A stretch of 64,000 nt of DNA, taken from a virus. Below the pieces are notes generated by a model. The model did no database searches. It was not told the DNA's origin and saw nothing but the letters and a program-made list of their open reading frames with translations. Of the stretch, positions 1 through 8,774 are shown piece by piece (position 1 is the first letter of the stretch; each line of letters starts with the position of its first letter). The stretch covers positions 64,001-128,000 of the IMG/VR virus record IMGVR_UViG_3300025237_000001; one strand, written 5' to 3'. The translations under genes and the position numbers were made by a program.

Positions 1-988
1 GGTTTAAATGCATTATATCAAAATTAGCTGGTGCCATTTTATATAATTTATTTTCTACTGATTTTTCTAAAGTACCATCTGGTTTTTGGATTTGCCATTT
101 ACCATCACCTTTTTTAAAACCTAAAGGTTCTTCTATATTTGATAATTTGATTCCAGCTTGTTTAGCTTTAAACGCTAACTCACCACCTATTCTAGAACAT
201 ATGGTAACCTCACAACCTCTTTCAACTAACCCCTTAGCTAACTCATAATTATATAATTCAGAACCAGTTAAGCCATTAAAATTAAGGCAAGCAATCAATA
301 CTTTAAACTTATGATTATCCTTGAACACTTTATCTATTTTTAACGGTAAAGAATCTTTATACTTTTCAGCAAATAGAACTCTATTTTCTTCCCACTGCTC
401 GTTGGTTTCACCGATTGACATGTGGTTGATACTAATGTTAGTGTGAACACCAACTTTAACACCTTCTAAACGATTTCTTAAACAAAAATCTAGGTCATAG
501 AAATGAAAACCTTCAACAGATTCATCAAAATCTTTTTTAAGTCTAGACTTCATTACTGAAAAGAATACACCATCAACTACTGCGGTTTCTTCAATACCAG
601 TCCCTTGGTCATCACTATATTTAGATTGACGTTTTTTACCTAAATGTGTATGCCATACACGACCAATCATTTTTCTTGGGTCTGCCCACCATTTACCGCT
701 TTCATCTAAAACTTTAGTTCCAGCAACACCTAAAATACCATAATCGGTATTATCAAAATGTTTCTTGATTTTTCTAGCGAATTGTTTTGTTTGAACCTCA
801 ATATCGTCATGACAAAAAACCACGATATCGTGGTCTGCTTGTTTTAATAATTCATTGTAAGAAACTGTTAAAGATTCCCCATTATTAATTCGTTCAATAA
901 CTTGAACTTTAGGGTGTCCCGCCATTTTCTTTAAATGGTCAATATGTTTTTGATTATGTTCTCTTGTACAATATACGATTGTTATCAT
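1..988 (-). CDS. Two-domain glycosyltransferase (GT-A/GT2-like N-terminus, start of GT-B-like C-terminus); runs off the left edge
   Basis: Not in the ORF track; translated by hand from ATG 988 (TAATG overlap with upstream stop): MITIVYCTREHNQKH...YNELLKQADHDIVVFCHDDIE...VVDGVFF...FHFYDLDFCLR, then KVLIACLNFNGLTGSELYNYELAKGL. Confidence 0.8.
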   Translation of the reverse strand, partial: MITIVYCTREHNQKHIDHLKKMAGHPKVQVIERINNGESLTVSYNELLKQADHDIVVFCHDDIEVQTKQFARKIKKHFDNTDYGILGVAGTKVLDESGKWWADPRKMIGRVWHTHLGKKRQSKYSDDQGTGIEETAVVDGVFFSVMKSRLKKDFDESVEGFHFYDLDFCLRNRLEGVKVGVHTNISINHMSIGETNEQWEENRVLFAEKYKDSLPLKIDKVFKDNHKFKVLIACLNFNGLTGSELYNYELAKGLVERGCEVTICSRIGGELAFKAKQAGIKLSNIEEPLGFKKGDGKWQIQKPDGTLEKSVENKLYKMAPANFDIMHLN

Positions 989-1206
989 TATGCTTCTCTA
1001 ATTTTTCTAATTAATTCATTTCTACCATCATTGATTACTTTACCTATGTTAACCTCCGATTTAATTTTTGCGGCAGCTTCTTCATCACCATTTAAGGCTT
1101 TTTTCATATCCTTTGTTACTACACTAGGTGCGCCACCAGCCATCATTTGTGACATTGCTACTTCATTCCAAAAATTATTAATGAAATCACTACTATCTTT
1201 ACTCAT
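988..1206 (-). CDS. Hypothetical protein (72 aa)
   Basis: Track ORF 988..1275 trimmed to MSKDSS at 1206, just downstream of the dUTPase stop. Confidence 0.6.
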   Translation of the reverse strand: MSKDSSDFINNFWNEVAMSQMMAGGAPSVVTKDMKKALNGDEEAAAKIKSEVNIGKVINDGRNELIRKIREA

Positions 1207-1216
1207 AATATATATT

Positions 1217-1669
1217 TTATTTTCCTGTACTTCCAAAACCACCTGTACCTCTATCAGTCGTTGATAAATCATCAACTTCGTTAAATGTTATGTGGGGTCT
1301 TTCGATTATCATTATTTGTGCAACTCTTTCACCAACTATATATTCATTCCCATACTCAGATAAAACTACATTATCTGGGATAAATATTGGCGTTGGTTTG
1401 AATTTACAGATTATCTCACCTCTATAAGCAGCGTCAATAACTCCAACTGCATTAGCTAAAGATAATTTCTTTTTACTAACACTACTTCGTGGAAAAATTA
1501 ACCCTACGTAACCAATTGGGATTTCCATTGCTAAACCTGTACCATAAGACACATTCCCATAACCATCTTTGGTTATACTTGTTGCCGTCAAATCCATAGC
1601 CCCATCCCCTTCTATTGCATAGGTAGGGATAGTCGCTTCTGGTACTAATTTTTTTACATTAATGTTCAT
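1217..1669 (-). CDS. dut: Trimeric dUTPase
   Basis: Motifs GAMDL, PRSS, GVIDAAYRGEI, ERVAQ, RGTGGFGSTG. Confidence 0.95.
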   Translation of the reverse strand: MNINVKKLVPEATIPTYAIEGDGAMDLTATSITKDGYGNVSYGTGLAMEIPIGYVGLIFPRSSVSKKKLSLANAVGVIDAAYRGEIICKFKPTPIFIPDNVVLSEYGNEYIVGERVAQIMIIERPHITFNEVDDLSTTDRGTGGFGSTGK

Positions 1670-2234
1670 TTGCTATGTGTTTTTCTTCCATAATAGCTAA
1701 TCTTACAGCGATTTTAAGTAAATCACCACCAGTTGTATTATACCACTCAGCTTGTGCGTCATCTAATTTATCAAAATTAACGATAGCTGCATATTCTTCT
1801 TCATTTAATTCAACACCATTAGTTAAAGCATAATAAGCTGAACGCTCACCAACTCTAGCTGATACTAAATCTTCATTGAAGTTATACATTTTCCCTTGGT
1901 TTTTTCTATGCCATTCTGAATCGTTGTAAACGTAAAGTTTTGCTTTACCAATTGAATGTAATAGAACTACTTTGAATAAAGACGCTTCAGACATCTTTAA
2001 GCCAGCAACTAAGTTATTCTTATTAATTAGGTAAGCGTGTTTCATAACTCTTAAGATATGGTCTATTAAACCACCCTCAAATGCGTTATGTAATTTTGTT
2101 GTTGTTGATGCTGGCGCACCAACAAAATCTAATCCTAAAAATGCTTGTAATTCAGGTGTTGCGAAACCATGCTTTTCCGCTGTTTCAAAATACTTTATTG
2201 CATTTGCAACAATTTTCTCTTTTGTTAAACTCAT
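1659..2234 (-). CDS. HD-superfamily (YhaM-like) phosphohydrolase with HD changed to HS
   Basis: HNAFEGGLIDH...LLHSIGK pattern. Confidence 0.7.
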   Translation of the reverse strand: MSLTKEKIVANAIKYFETAEKHGFATPELQAFLGLDFVGAPASTTTKLHNAFEGGLIDHILRVMKHAYLINKNNLVAGLKMSEASLFKVVLLHSIGKAKLYVYNDSEWHRKNQGKMYNFNEDLVSARVGERSAYYALTNGVELNEEEYAAIVNFDKLDDAQAEWYNTTGGDLLKIAVRLAIMEEKHIANEH

Positions 2235-2638
2235 TTTGTTCTTTTTTTAATTTCTTCTAATACCTCTAATACTTTATCTCCAGAGTTAATTCCGCTAGTT
2301 GTCGTAAATCCATTTTCTAAAATTTTACTTTGCTCACGGTCTAATTTTACACCTTTGTTTAAAATACTACTTAATTTTTTACTAATTTTTATTGGTCTGA
2401 ATAACTTAAAACGTTTTTTTTTGTCCACAGCTAAAGCCTTTTCCTTTAAAGGCATTGCTGGGTCATTTGGTTTCCCATTAAACTCCATAAGGTATTTAAT
2501 CCTATCTTTGTTTTCTTCTAAAAAACTATAGAATTCTTCTTCCTTAGTTAAAAGGATTGATTCAGGGTCTTTAATATTAAAGAATGCTCTGTAAAGACCA
2601 ATAAAATAGTTTCCGATATTTCTAAAAATATTTTTCAT
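2231..2638 (-). CDS. Hypothetical protein
   Basis: 135 aa ORF overlapping the HD-like gene start by 4 nt. Confidence 0.6.
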   Translation of the reverse strand: MKNIFRNIGNYFIGLYRAFFNIKDPESILLTKEEEFYSFLEENKDRIKYLMEFNGKPNDPAMPLKEKALAVDKKKRFKLFRPIKISKKLSSILNKGVKLDREQSKILENGFTTTSGINSGDKVLEVLEEIKKRTK

Positions 2639-2650
2639 AATGTAATTATA

Positions 2651-3889
2651 CTACTTTTTAGTGTTAAATACAAGTTTTTTGTAATATTTAGCACGATTTT
2701 CTGTAACTGTATTCAAAGAATATTTATCAGAAACAGTATTATATAAGTTATCACCAAATGTTTTAATCAATTCTGGGTTTTGGATTAACTTCTTTAGGTA
2801 TTGATACCATGATTTGTGATTTCTACGTGAATCAACTAAAAACCCATTTTTAGTTGTATCTAGTTCACCACCTTTTTGGTATGCACTTTCAATATCGATT
2901 GTGTAAGGACCAAAATTTTGTGCAATAATAGGTTTCTTGAAGAATCCACTTTCAATGACCTTTAACTGACTTTTAACTTTATTAAATGTGTTTTCTCCCA
3001 ATGGAGCTAATGATATATCAAATAGATTATAGTTAGTTGCGTAACTACTAATTGGTTTAGTCCATACTCTACGGTAAGGTTCGTTTTCAACCCCTACAAA
3101 TTCTTGAGTAGTAAATCTATTTAAATGTTCTTTATATTCAGGTGAGATAATTGAATAGTTGTTGGTGAATATTTTCTCATATTCAACCCACACACTTTCT
3201 TCTGGTTTGATATCTCTTTGACTTTGTTCACCAGTATCTTTATTAATAGTATTAATTTTACCACGAATATCAAATCCACAAACCACAAATTGAATCTTAT
3301 CTAATAACCCATCATTTTTTAGTTTTGATGACACACCATTTAAAATTCTTAAATCATTTAGGTGAGAAGAACCTCCTAACCATCCGATTCTAATTCTATC
3401 TGATTTTTCTGGTTTTGCTATAAATTGTTTTTCGGTAGGGTCAATAGAATTAGGGAAAACTGTAACGTTTTTATTAAACTTTCTAATTTCATCCGCAAAG
3501 ATTGGTGTTGTTGTGGTTACGTTTTCAGCACCTTTAATATTATTTAATATTTTAGTGTTTAAATCGTTTGTTTTTATAATGTGATATGCTGGATGTGTCA
3601 TATCGGGTAACCAATAATCATCTAAATCCATTACCGTTACAATTCCTAAACCTTTAATTTTATCTATTAAAGCTTCCATTTTATCATAATCAGTTAACGT
3701 TCTATGGTAGTGAATTAAATCATATTGCTTTAACCATTCATCATCATCTAAATTTGGTTCGTATTCAATATCCACATGAAAATCATCTGGGTATAATTTC
3801 TCTAAGTGTAAGTGTGGTTTGGTTGAACGGAAGAAAGAAACTCCTGTTCTGTCGCTTGGAACGACTAATATTTTTATTTTTTTACTCAT
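2651..3889 (-). CDS. GT-B fold (GT4-like) glycosyltransferase
   Basis: VVPSDRTGVSFFR, VMDLDDYW, IGWLGGSSHLNDL, FDISLAPL...FNKVKSQLKVIESG. Confidence 0.85.
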   Translation of the reverse strand: MSKKIKILVVPSDRTGVSFFRSTKPHLHLEKLYPDDFHVDIEYEPNLDDDEWLKQYDLIHYHRTLTDYDKMEALIDKIKGLGIVTVMDLDDYWLPDMTHPAYHIIKTNDLNTKILNNIKGAENVTTTTPIFADEIRKFNKNVTVFPNSIDPTEKQFIAKPEKSDRIRIGWLGGSSHLNDLRILNGVSSKLKNDGLLDKIQFVVCGFDIRGKINTINKDTGEQSQRDIKPEESVWVEYEKIFTNNYSIISPEYKEHLNRFTTQEFVGVENEPYRRVWTKPISSYATNYNLFDISLAPLGENTFNKVKSQLKVIESGFFKKPIIAQNFGPYTIDIESAYQKGGELDTTKNGFLVDSRRNHKSWYQYLKKLIQNPELIKTFGDNLYNTVSDKYSLNTVTENRAKYYKKLVFNTKK

Positions 3890-3938
3890 TATTATTTAAT
3901 TTATACAAGTATAAAGAAAATTGTGATATAAGTAAATA

Positions 3939-3965
3939 TAAAATCCCACAAAAAGTGGGATTTTA
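3939..3965. terminator. Intrinsic terminator, probably bidirectional
   Basis: TAAAATCCCAC-AAAAA-GTGGGATTTTA inverted repeat just after the 3969 stop. Confidence 0.7.
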
Positions 3966-3968
3966 ATA

Positions 3969-4583
3969 TTATTTAGTTGTTTTTTTCGGGGAGACTTTAA
4001 TTTTACCTTCTTTTATTAAAGTAGTAATAGTTCTCTTAATCGTGTTCTCCGTTAAATTTTTAGTAAATGTTGTTGCCATAAACTGAAGTAACGCATCATT
4101 AATTTTTTTATCTAATTCAGCTTCAGTTAATGTGACTAACATCTTACCTTGTGAATTAACAAATGAATTTTCATTCATCTGTTGTTGTTGTGGGATTTGT
4201 TGAACCACTTGTCTAACTTGTTGTGCTTGTGGTTGTTGTTGATGTGCTTGAGGTCTAACTAAAGACTTAACATCTTCTAAATTAAACGTAGGTCCATTTC
4301 CACTAGCCATTTCAAATTGAGGCATTGGGTTTGAAGTCATTGCATCTTTGATAGCTTGAGGCATTTTACTAGTCTCTAAGTTTTTATATGAATTACCCAT
4401 TGGTCTAGTTGGGTTTCCTTGTGGTGCCGCACCATTTGGTACCGCATCTAATAGTTGCACATCTCCACCAGACATACCTTCTTGTATTCTAGCATGGTCC
4501 ACTTTGTAATTGGTATCACCTACCTTATCCATTACTTGTTTAGCACCACCAAGCATTGCCATTAATCTTTCGTTTTGGTCCAT
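3969..4583 (-). CDS. Hypothetical Q-rich protein
   Basis: 204 aa ORF with a QQQPQAQQVRQVVQQ tract, tightly packed in an operon. Confidence 0.7.
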   Translation of the reverse strand: MDQNERLMAMLGGAKQVMDKVGDTNYKVDHARIQEGMSGGDVQLLDAVPNGAAPQGNPTRPMGNSYKNLETSKMPQAIKDAMTSNPMPQFEMASGNGPTFNLEDVKSLVRPQAHQQQPQAQQVRQVVQQIPQQQQMNENSFVNSQGKMLVTLTEAELDKKINDALLQFMATTFTKNLTENTIKRTITTLIKEGKIKVSPKKTTK

Positions 4584-4585
4584 TT

Positions 4586-5293
4586 TTAATCTATTGTTTC
4601 TTCATCTTCAACCTCACTCCCTACTTTAGGATATTCGGTATATTGATATTCTTTATAATTAGGTTGTTCTTTTTCAACATCCCTTTTATTGTAATTACTG
4701 GTATATTCATGGTCTTGATTAGTTGGATAATTTGGTTGTTGTTTCTTAGTATTATCTTCATAATCTTGACTACTTGAGTTATAGGTCACCCTATTTCTCG
4801 CTAATGGTTCGTTAGATTGTTTAGTATCTATATTACTTTGCCATCCAGTTCTATTTTTAGTCATTGTACCTTTCTTATCGGTCAATTTAGCGATATTTGC
4901 ATCTCCATTACTATTAGGTAATCCCAATGTAATATCTTGAGTTGGTTTAAATAACTCATCTGGAGGTAAATTAAGTTTCATACTTGTTTCACTCCAATTT
5001 GTAATGTGGTTAATAATAAAAACTTTGTAACGTTGTTCTTTACCTTGCTTAGTTCTTATATTAGGTCCATTTATTTGATAAATTCTAACCGCATCATTAC
5101 CTTTACTTGTTTTACCAATTGAGATAACTTGTCCATACCTCTTTGCACCATCCTTGTAACTTAAATTTACAGCATGTTTATTGGTTAACGCTTGTTGTAC
5201 ATCAGACAATGACGGTGTACCACCTTCATTAAGTTCTAATTTAACGCCCGTTTCCTCAAATATAACATCTTTATATAAATTGTAAAGTTTCAT
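4586..5293 (-). CDS. Protein with a degenerate WYL-like domain and a low-complexity tail
   Basis: VNLSYKDGAKRYGQVISIG...AVRIYQ...YKVFIINHI resembles the WYL pattern Y..R.v.P...r.F.l..I. Confidence 0.45.
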   Translation of the reverse strand: MKLYNLYKDVIFEETGVKLELNEGGTPSLSDVQQALTNKHAVNLSYKDGAKRYGQVISIGKTSKGNDAVRIYQINGPNIRTKQGKEQRYKVFIINHITNWSETSMKLNLPPDELFKPTQDITLGLPNSNGDANIAKLTDKKGTMTKNRTGWQSNIDTKQSNEPLARNRVTYNSSSQDYEDNTKKQQPNYPTNQDHEYTSNYNKRDVEKEQPNYKEYQYTEYPKVGSEVEDEETID

Positions 5294-5309
5294 GAATAAA
5301 TATTTTTGT

Positions 5310-5636
5310 TTACTCTATTGTAACTTGTCCGATATTTCCAGATGTATCTGGGTGTCCATAACCATTACCATCATTATATTGATTGATGACCGTATTACCA
5401 ATTCTACCTGAACCAGCATAATTAGGGTTTCCATAAATATCTTGATGTGAACCACCGTTTGCGCTATCAAATGGCACGCCAGTACCTTTACCATGATTAG
5501 GTGTTGTTTCGTCACTCTTAGCATTTGTATGAGTAACTGAGTAATTATTAGCTGTCGCCTCATTGTTAAATGCATTATTAGTTAATAATTGTTGTCTTGC
5601 TGCAATTGCCGCTTCTTCTAATTTGTTAGATGCCAT
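5310..5636 (-). CDS. Hypothetical N/G-rich protein, possibly virion-associated
   Basis: 108 aa ORF in operon; product by composition only. Confidence 0.6.
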   Translation of the reverse strand: MASNKLEEAAIAARQQLLTNNAFNNEATANNYSVTHTNAKSDETTPNHGKGTGVPFDSANGGSHQDIYGNPNYAGSGRIGNTVINQYNDGNGYGHPDTSGNIGQVTIE

Positions 5637-5638
5637 TT

Positions 5639-6169
5639 TTATTTGTTTTTACTTTTATCCATATATTCTATCAAATATTTCATAGAATCTATTTCTTTCT
5701 TATAGTTTTCTTGATAAATAGCTGAGTTTGCCATAATGTTCTTAGCTTTACTACTTTTTGCTATATCTATCATCCCACCGTTAGCTCTGCTAAGGTTCGT
5801 ATTATCATTATCTTTTTCGTGGGTCTTAATAAATTGATTCTCTAACCCACCGTCCATTTTAGCTTTTTTAGATTGTAAAATACTATCTCTATTTGAACCA
5901 AGTGTTTTATCAACCCACATTCTAGTTACCTTACCACCAATTAACTTAAATTCTTCATCATTACCATCGCCTTTATAAGTATCGAAGTAATTCTTCAATC
6001 TCTTCATTTGTGAATATGATATTTTTCTATCTGCTACAATATCTTTAGCCCTCTTCAAACCCTTTGCTTGCTCAGTATCAGGATTGATAGCTGAAAGCCT
6101 TCGGTTGATTTGGTTAAATACATTATCAGGTACTTTAAAGTACTTATCGTTTAATTGACTATTAGGCAT
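5639..6169 (-). CDS. Hypothetical protein
   Basis: 176 aa ORF; GLKRAKDI...ISYSQMKRLKNYF pattern resembles phage head-associated proteins (weak). Confidence 0.6.
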   Translation of the reverse strand: MPNSQLNDKYFKVPDNVFNQINRRLSAINPDTEQAKGLKRAKDIVADRKISYSQMKRLKNYFDTYKGDGNDEEFKLIGGKVTRMWVDKTLGSNRDSILQSKKAKMDGGLENQFIKTHEKDNDNTNLSRANGGMIDIAKSSKAKNIMANSAIYQENYKKEIDSMKYLIEYMDKSKNK

Positions 6170-6671
6170 TTGGTTTTAAATTACTGTTAACAAAATTTAA
6201 TATTATATCTACCTTAGCTGGGTCTTTATCAAGCCCATTAGCTTTTACACTTTTCACTAAATCTAACATCTTTCTACTTACACCATCAGGTAATTCGTCT
6301 GTATCAATAACTGAATTATTATTATAATCAGACCCTAAATCCTCTAATAAAGCGATTGCTTTCTCTTTTGCAATCCTATTTTTGTTCTCAGAAGTGTTCC
6401 CAGACCTGTTCCCACCTACTGAATTTATATTATATAAATATCTATTTGGTTGAATAGCTTGTCTGGCAAAATCATCGGTAGTAGCTTGTGGTGAAGTCTT
6501 AATTTCACTGTTATTTACATTCTTTTCATCCCCAGATATAGGGGCACCCGTACCATTAACGAATTCATCCAACTCTTCCACCTCTTCAAGTTCAACTATT
6601 TCAGTTTCAACTTTCTTGGTTTTAACCTTTGGTTTATAGCTTTTTATGTCTTTCTTTTTTAAAGTTTGCAT
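6162..6671 (-). CDS. Hypothetical acidic protein
   Basis: 169 aa ORF downstream of a minus-strand TATTTATA box. Confidence 0.65.
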   Translation of the reverse strand: MQTLKKKDIKSYKPKVKTKKVETEIVELEEVEELDEFVNGTGAPISGDEKNVNNSEIKTSPQATTDDFARQAIQPNRYLYNINSVGGNRSGNTSENKNRIAKEKAIALLEDLGSDYNNNSVIDTDELPDGVSRKMLDLVKSVKANGLDKDPAKVDIILNFVNSNLKPNA

Positions 6672-6685
6672 ATATTACGTTTATA

Positions 6686-6717
6686 TATAAATATAACTGA
6701 AAAGATTAATATTTATA
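6686..6717. promoter_or_regulatory. Back-to-back putative late promoter boxes (TATTTATA)
   Basis: TATTTATA on the minus strand at 6686-6693 and on the plus strand at 6710-6717, between divergent genes. Confidence 0.55.
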
Positions 6718-6731
6718 TATAAACTGATTTT

Positions 6732-8717
6732 ATGTCATTTGTGACAAAACTAGATTATTCTGATAATAGACAAATAAAACAATTTGAACTCACTAATACA
6801 CAACTTTCTGGTACAACAGAGTTTGGTGTAACTTTTAGTGCGTTAACTGGTGTCTTAGATTCATCTATTGTTTTAACGAGTACTTTAACTGGAATCACTT
6901 CTACATTTTCTGGAAATTCAACAACTACAAATATCACATTTGGTGACCCTAGAATGGTTTCTGGGTCAGAAATGTTAGAGGTTATAACCGATATAACCTC
7001 AGGTTATACACAACAAGGTTATGGTTTTCTTGGGGTTGACCCATATGAATTAGATGGTAATACAATATACGGTAGCTATACAGGGTCTTCATATGATTTC
7101 TCAGTAACTTCAATTGAAGAAGTTGGAGTTGATATGTGGACTGGTGAAACCATTAGTAATGTGGTTGCTATTCTAAGCGGCACTTCAACTGATTTTACTG
7201 GTAGAACTATATGGGTGGATGTTTTAGGTATTGCAAGAACAAAGCGTTTAATACTAACCGATGAACCAGACGAGTATAGTGGTGCTACACATGTATTAAC
7301 AAGAGGTGTTAGTGGAGATGTATTAAATTTCCCTTTATCCAATCTAGTTGGGGCTGGTAATACAGATGATTATACAACTGGTGTAACCCTTAGTGGTGAA
7401 ACTCTAGAATTCACAAGATTATCAGGTGGTACATATTCTGTTATTTTAGATAGTTTTGAAAATAGTGGGCTTGAAAGAATCGATGAAGGAAATGGGGATG
7501 GATGGAGACTTATTGATAGAGACTCAGCATATTATGGTAATATAGGGGAAACTGCAATTGATTTTAGTCTTAGTACAGTCAGTGGTAGTACTACCATGGG
7601 TTCTACTGGATTTGGAGCGGTTACATTTGGGTTAAATAATATGAACCCATATGTTGAAACTCTAATGTTAGGTAGGTATATTGAAGGTTCTACGACAAAT
7701 GGTTATAGTGGTAGTAATATAATTGTTTCTGAAAACTTTGATGGTACACCAACCAACTTCTACAATAATATATACAATTGTATGTTTAATGTATTTTCAT
7801 CAACCATAGGTACTTCTGGTGCTGCACTTGGGACTGCTGTTGTATATGAATCAACCGCTTCAGGTAGGTATATTGATATGTATGCGGGGCAAAGTTCCGC
7901 TATGTTTGGTGGATGGTTAAAAGGTGGTTCTACTTGTACAACAATTGTTGGTATATCAAATGAAGATTTAACCACTACAACCGCCACAGCTAGTGGTGGT
8001 TCTTTTAATACATTCGGACCCAGATTTATTGTTGGTGTTGGTACAAACGGTGCTGCTATAAGACGAAATGGTTTTGTAGTAATGTCAGATGGTACATCAT
8101 TCTTTCCTTATTTATCAATCGCACAAATAACTGCGGCAACTGGTGATAGTGCAATCACAAAAGAATATCTTGAAAGTGTAACAAGTGGTTTTACTAGTAC
8201 AGATGATTACTTAACAGGGCATACTTTCAATACAACAACAGGGTTATTTGAATCTAATCTACAAGGTGGTTCAACCGTTTCAGTTAATCTTGATGGTAGG
8301 TATTCTCTTACAGGACATACACATACAGAATTTGGTGATTACTTACCTCTTTCAGGTGGAACACTTACGGGTGGGGTTACAGGAACAACATTTAATGTTG
8401 ATAAATCTCAACTAGATTATCAAGAAAATCTAACTGTTGATTCTGGAACAACTGAGACAATTGCAACTGTTTCAATATTAACACATAAAGCAGTATTTTT
8501 TGATTATGTTGTATCAGAAAGTACCAATATAAGGGCGGGTACAGTTATGACTACTCATATGGGTGGTTCGACAGTTTTTACTGACAACTCAACAACAGAT
8601 ATAGGTGATACGAGTGATGTTATCTTTAGTACAGATATTAGTGGTAGTGATTTAAGACTACTGGCAACAACAGCCACAGATGGCTGGGAAATAAAAGTAA
8701 TGATTAGAGCATTATAA
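6732..8717 (+). CDS. Tail fibre / virion appendage protein A
   Basis: 661 aa, G/T/S-rich; DDYxTG..F repeats, GHTH motif, C-terminal module shared with 8775. Confidence 0.7.
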   Translation: MSFVTKLDYSDNRQIKQFELTNTQLSGTTEFGVTFSALTGVLDSSIVLTSTLTGITSTFSGNSTTTNITFGDPRMVSGSEMLEVITDITSGYTQQGYGFLGVDPYELDGNTIYGSYTGSSYDFSVTSIEEVGVDMWTGETISNVVAILSGTSTDFTGRTIWVDVLGIARTKRLILTDEPDEYSGATHVLTRGVSGDVLNFPLSNLVGAGNTDDYTTGVTLSGETLEFTRLSGGTYSVILDSFENSGLERIDEGNGDGWRLIDRDSAYYGNIGETAIDFSLSTVSGSTTMGSTGFGAVTFGLNNMNPYVETLMLGRYIEGSTTNGYSGSNIIVSENFDGTPTNFYNNIYNCMFNVFSSTIGTSGAALGTAVVYESTASGRYIDMYAGQSSAMFGGWLKGGSTCTTIVGISNEDLTTTTATASGGSFNTFGPRFIVGVGTNGAAIRRNGFVVMSDGTSFFPYLSIAQITAATGDSAITKEYLESVTSGFTSTDDYLTGHTFNTTTGLFESNLQGGSTVSVNLDGRYSLTGHTHTEFGDYLPLSGGTLTGGVTGTTFNVDKSQLDYQENLTVDSGTTETIATVSILTHKAVFFDYVVSESTNIRAGTVMTTHMGGSTVFTDNSTTDIGDTSDVIFSTDISGSDLRLLATTATDGWEIKVMIRAL

Positions 8718-8774
8718 CAAATAAACTACATATTTATAAAATATAGGTATGTAAAAGATTAAAAAATAATAATT

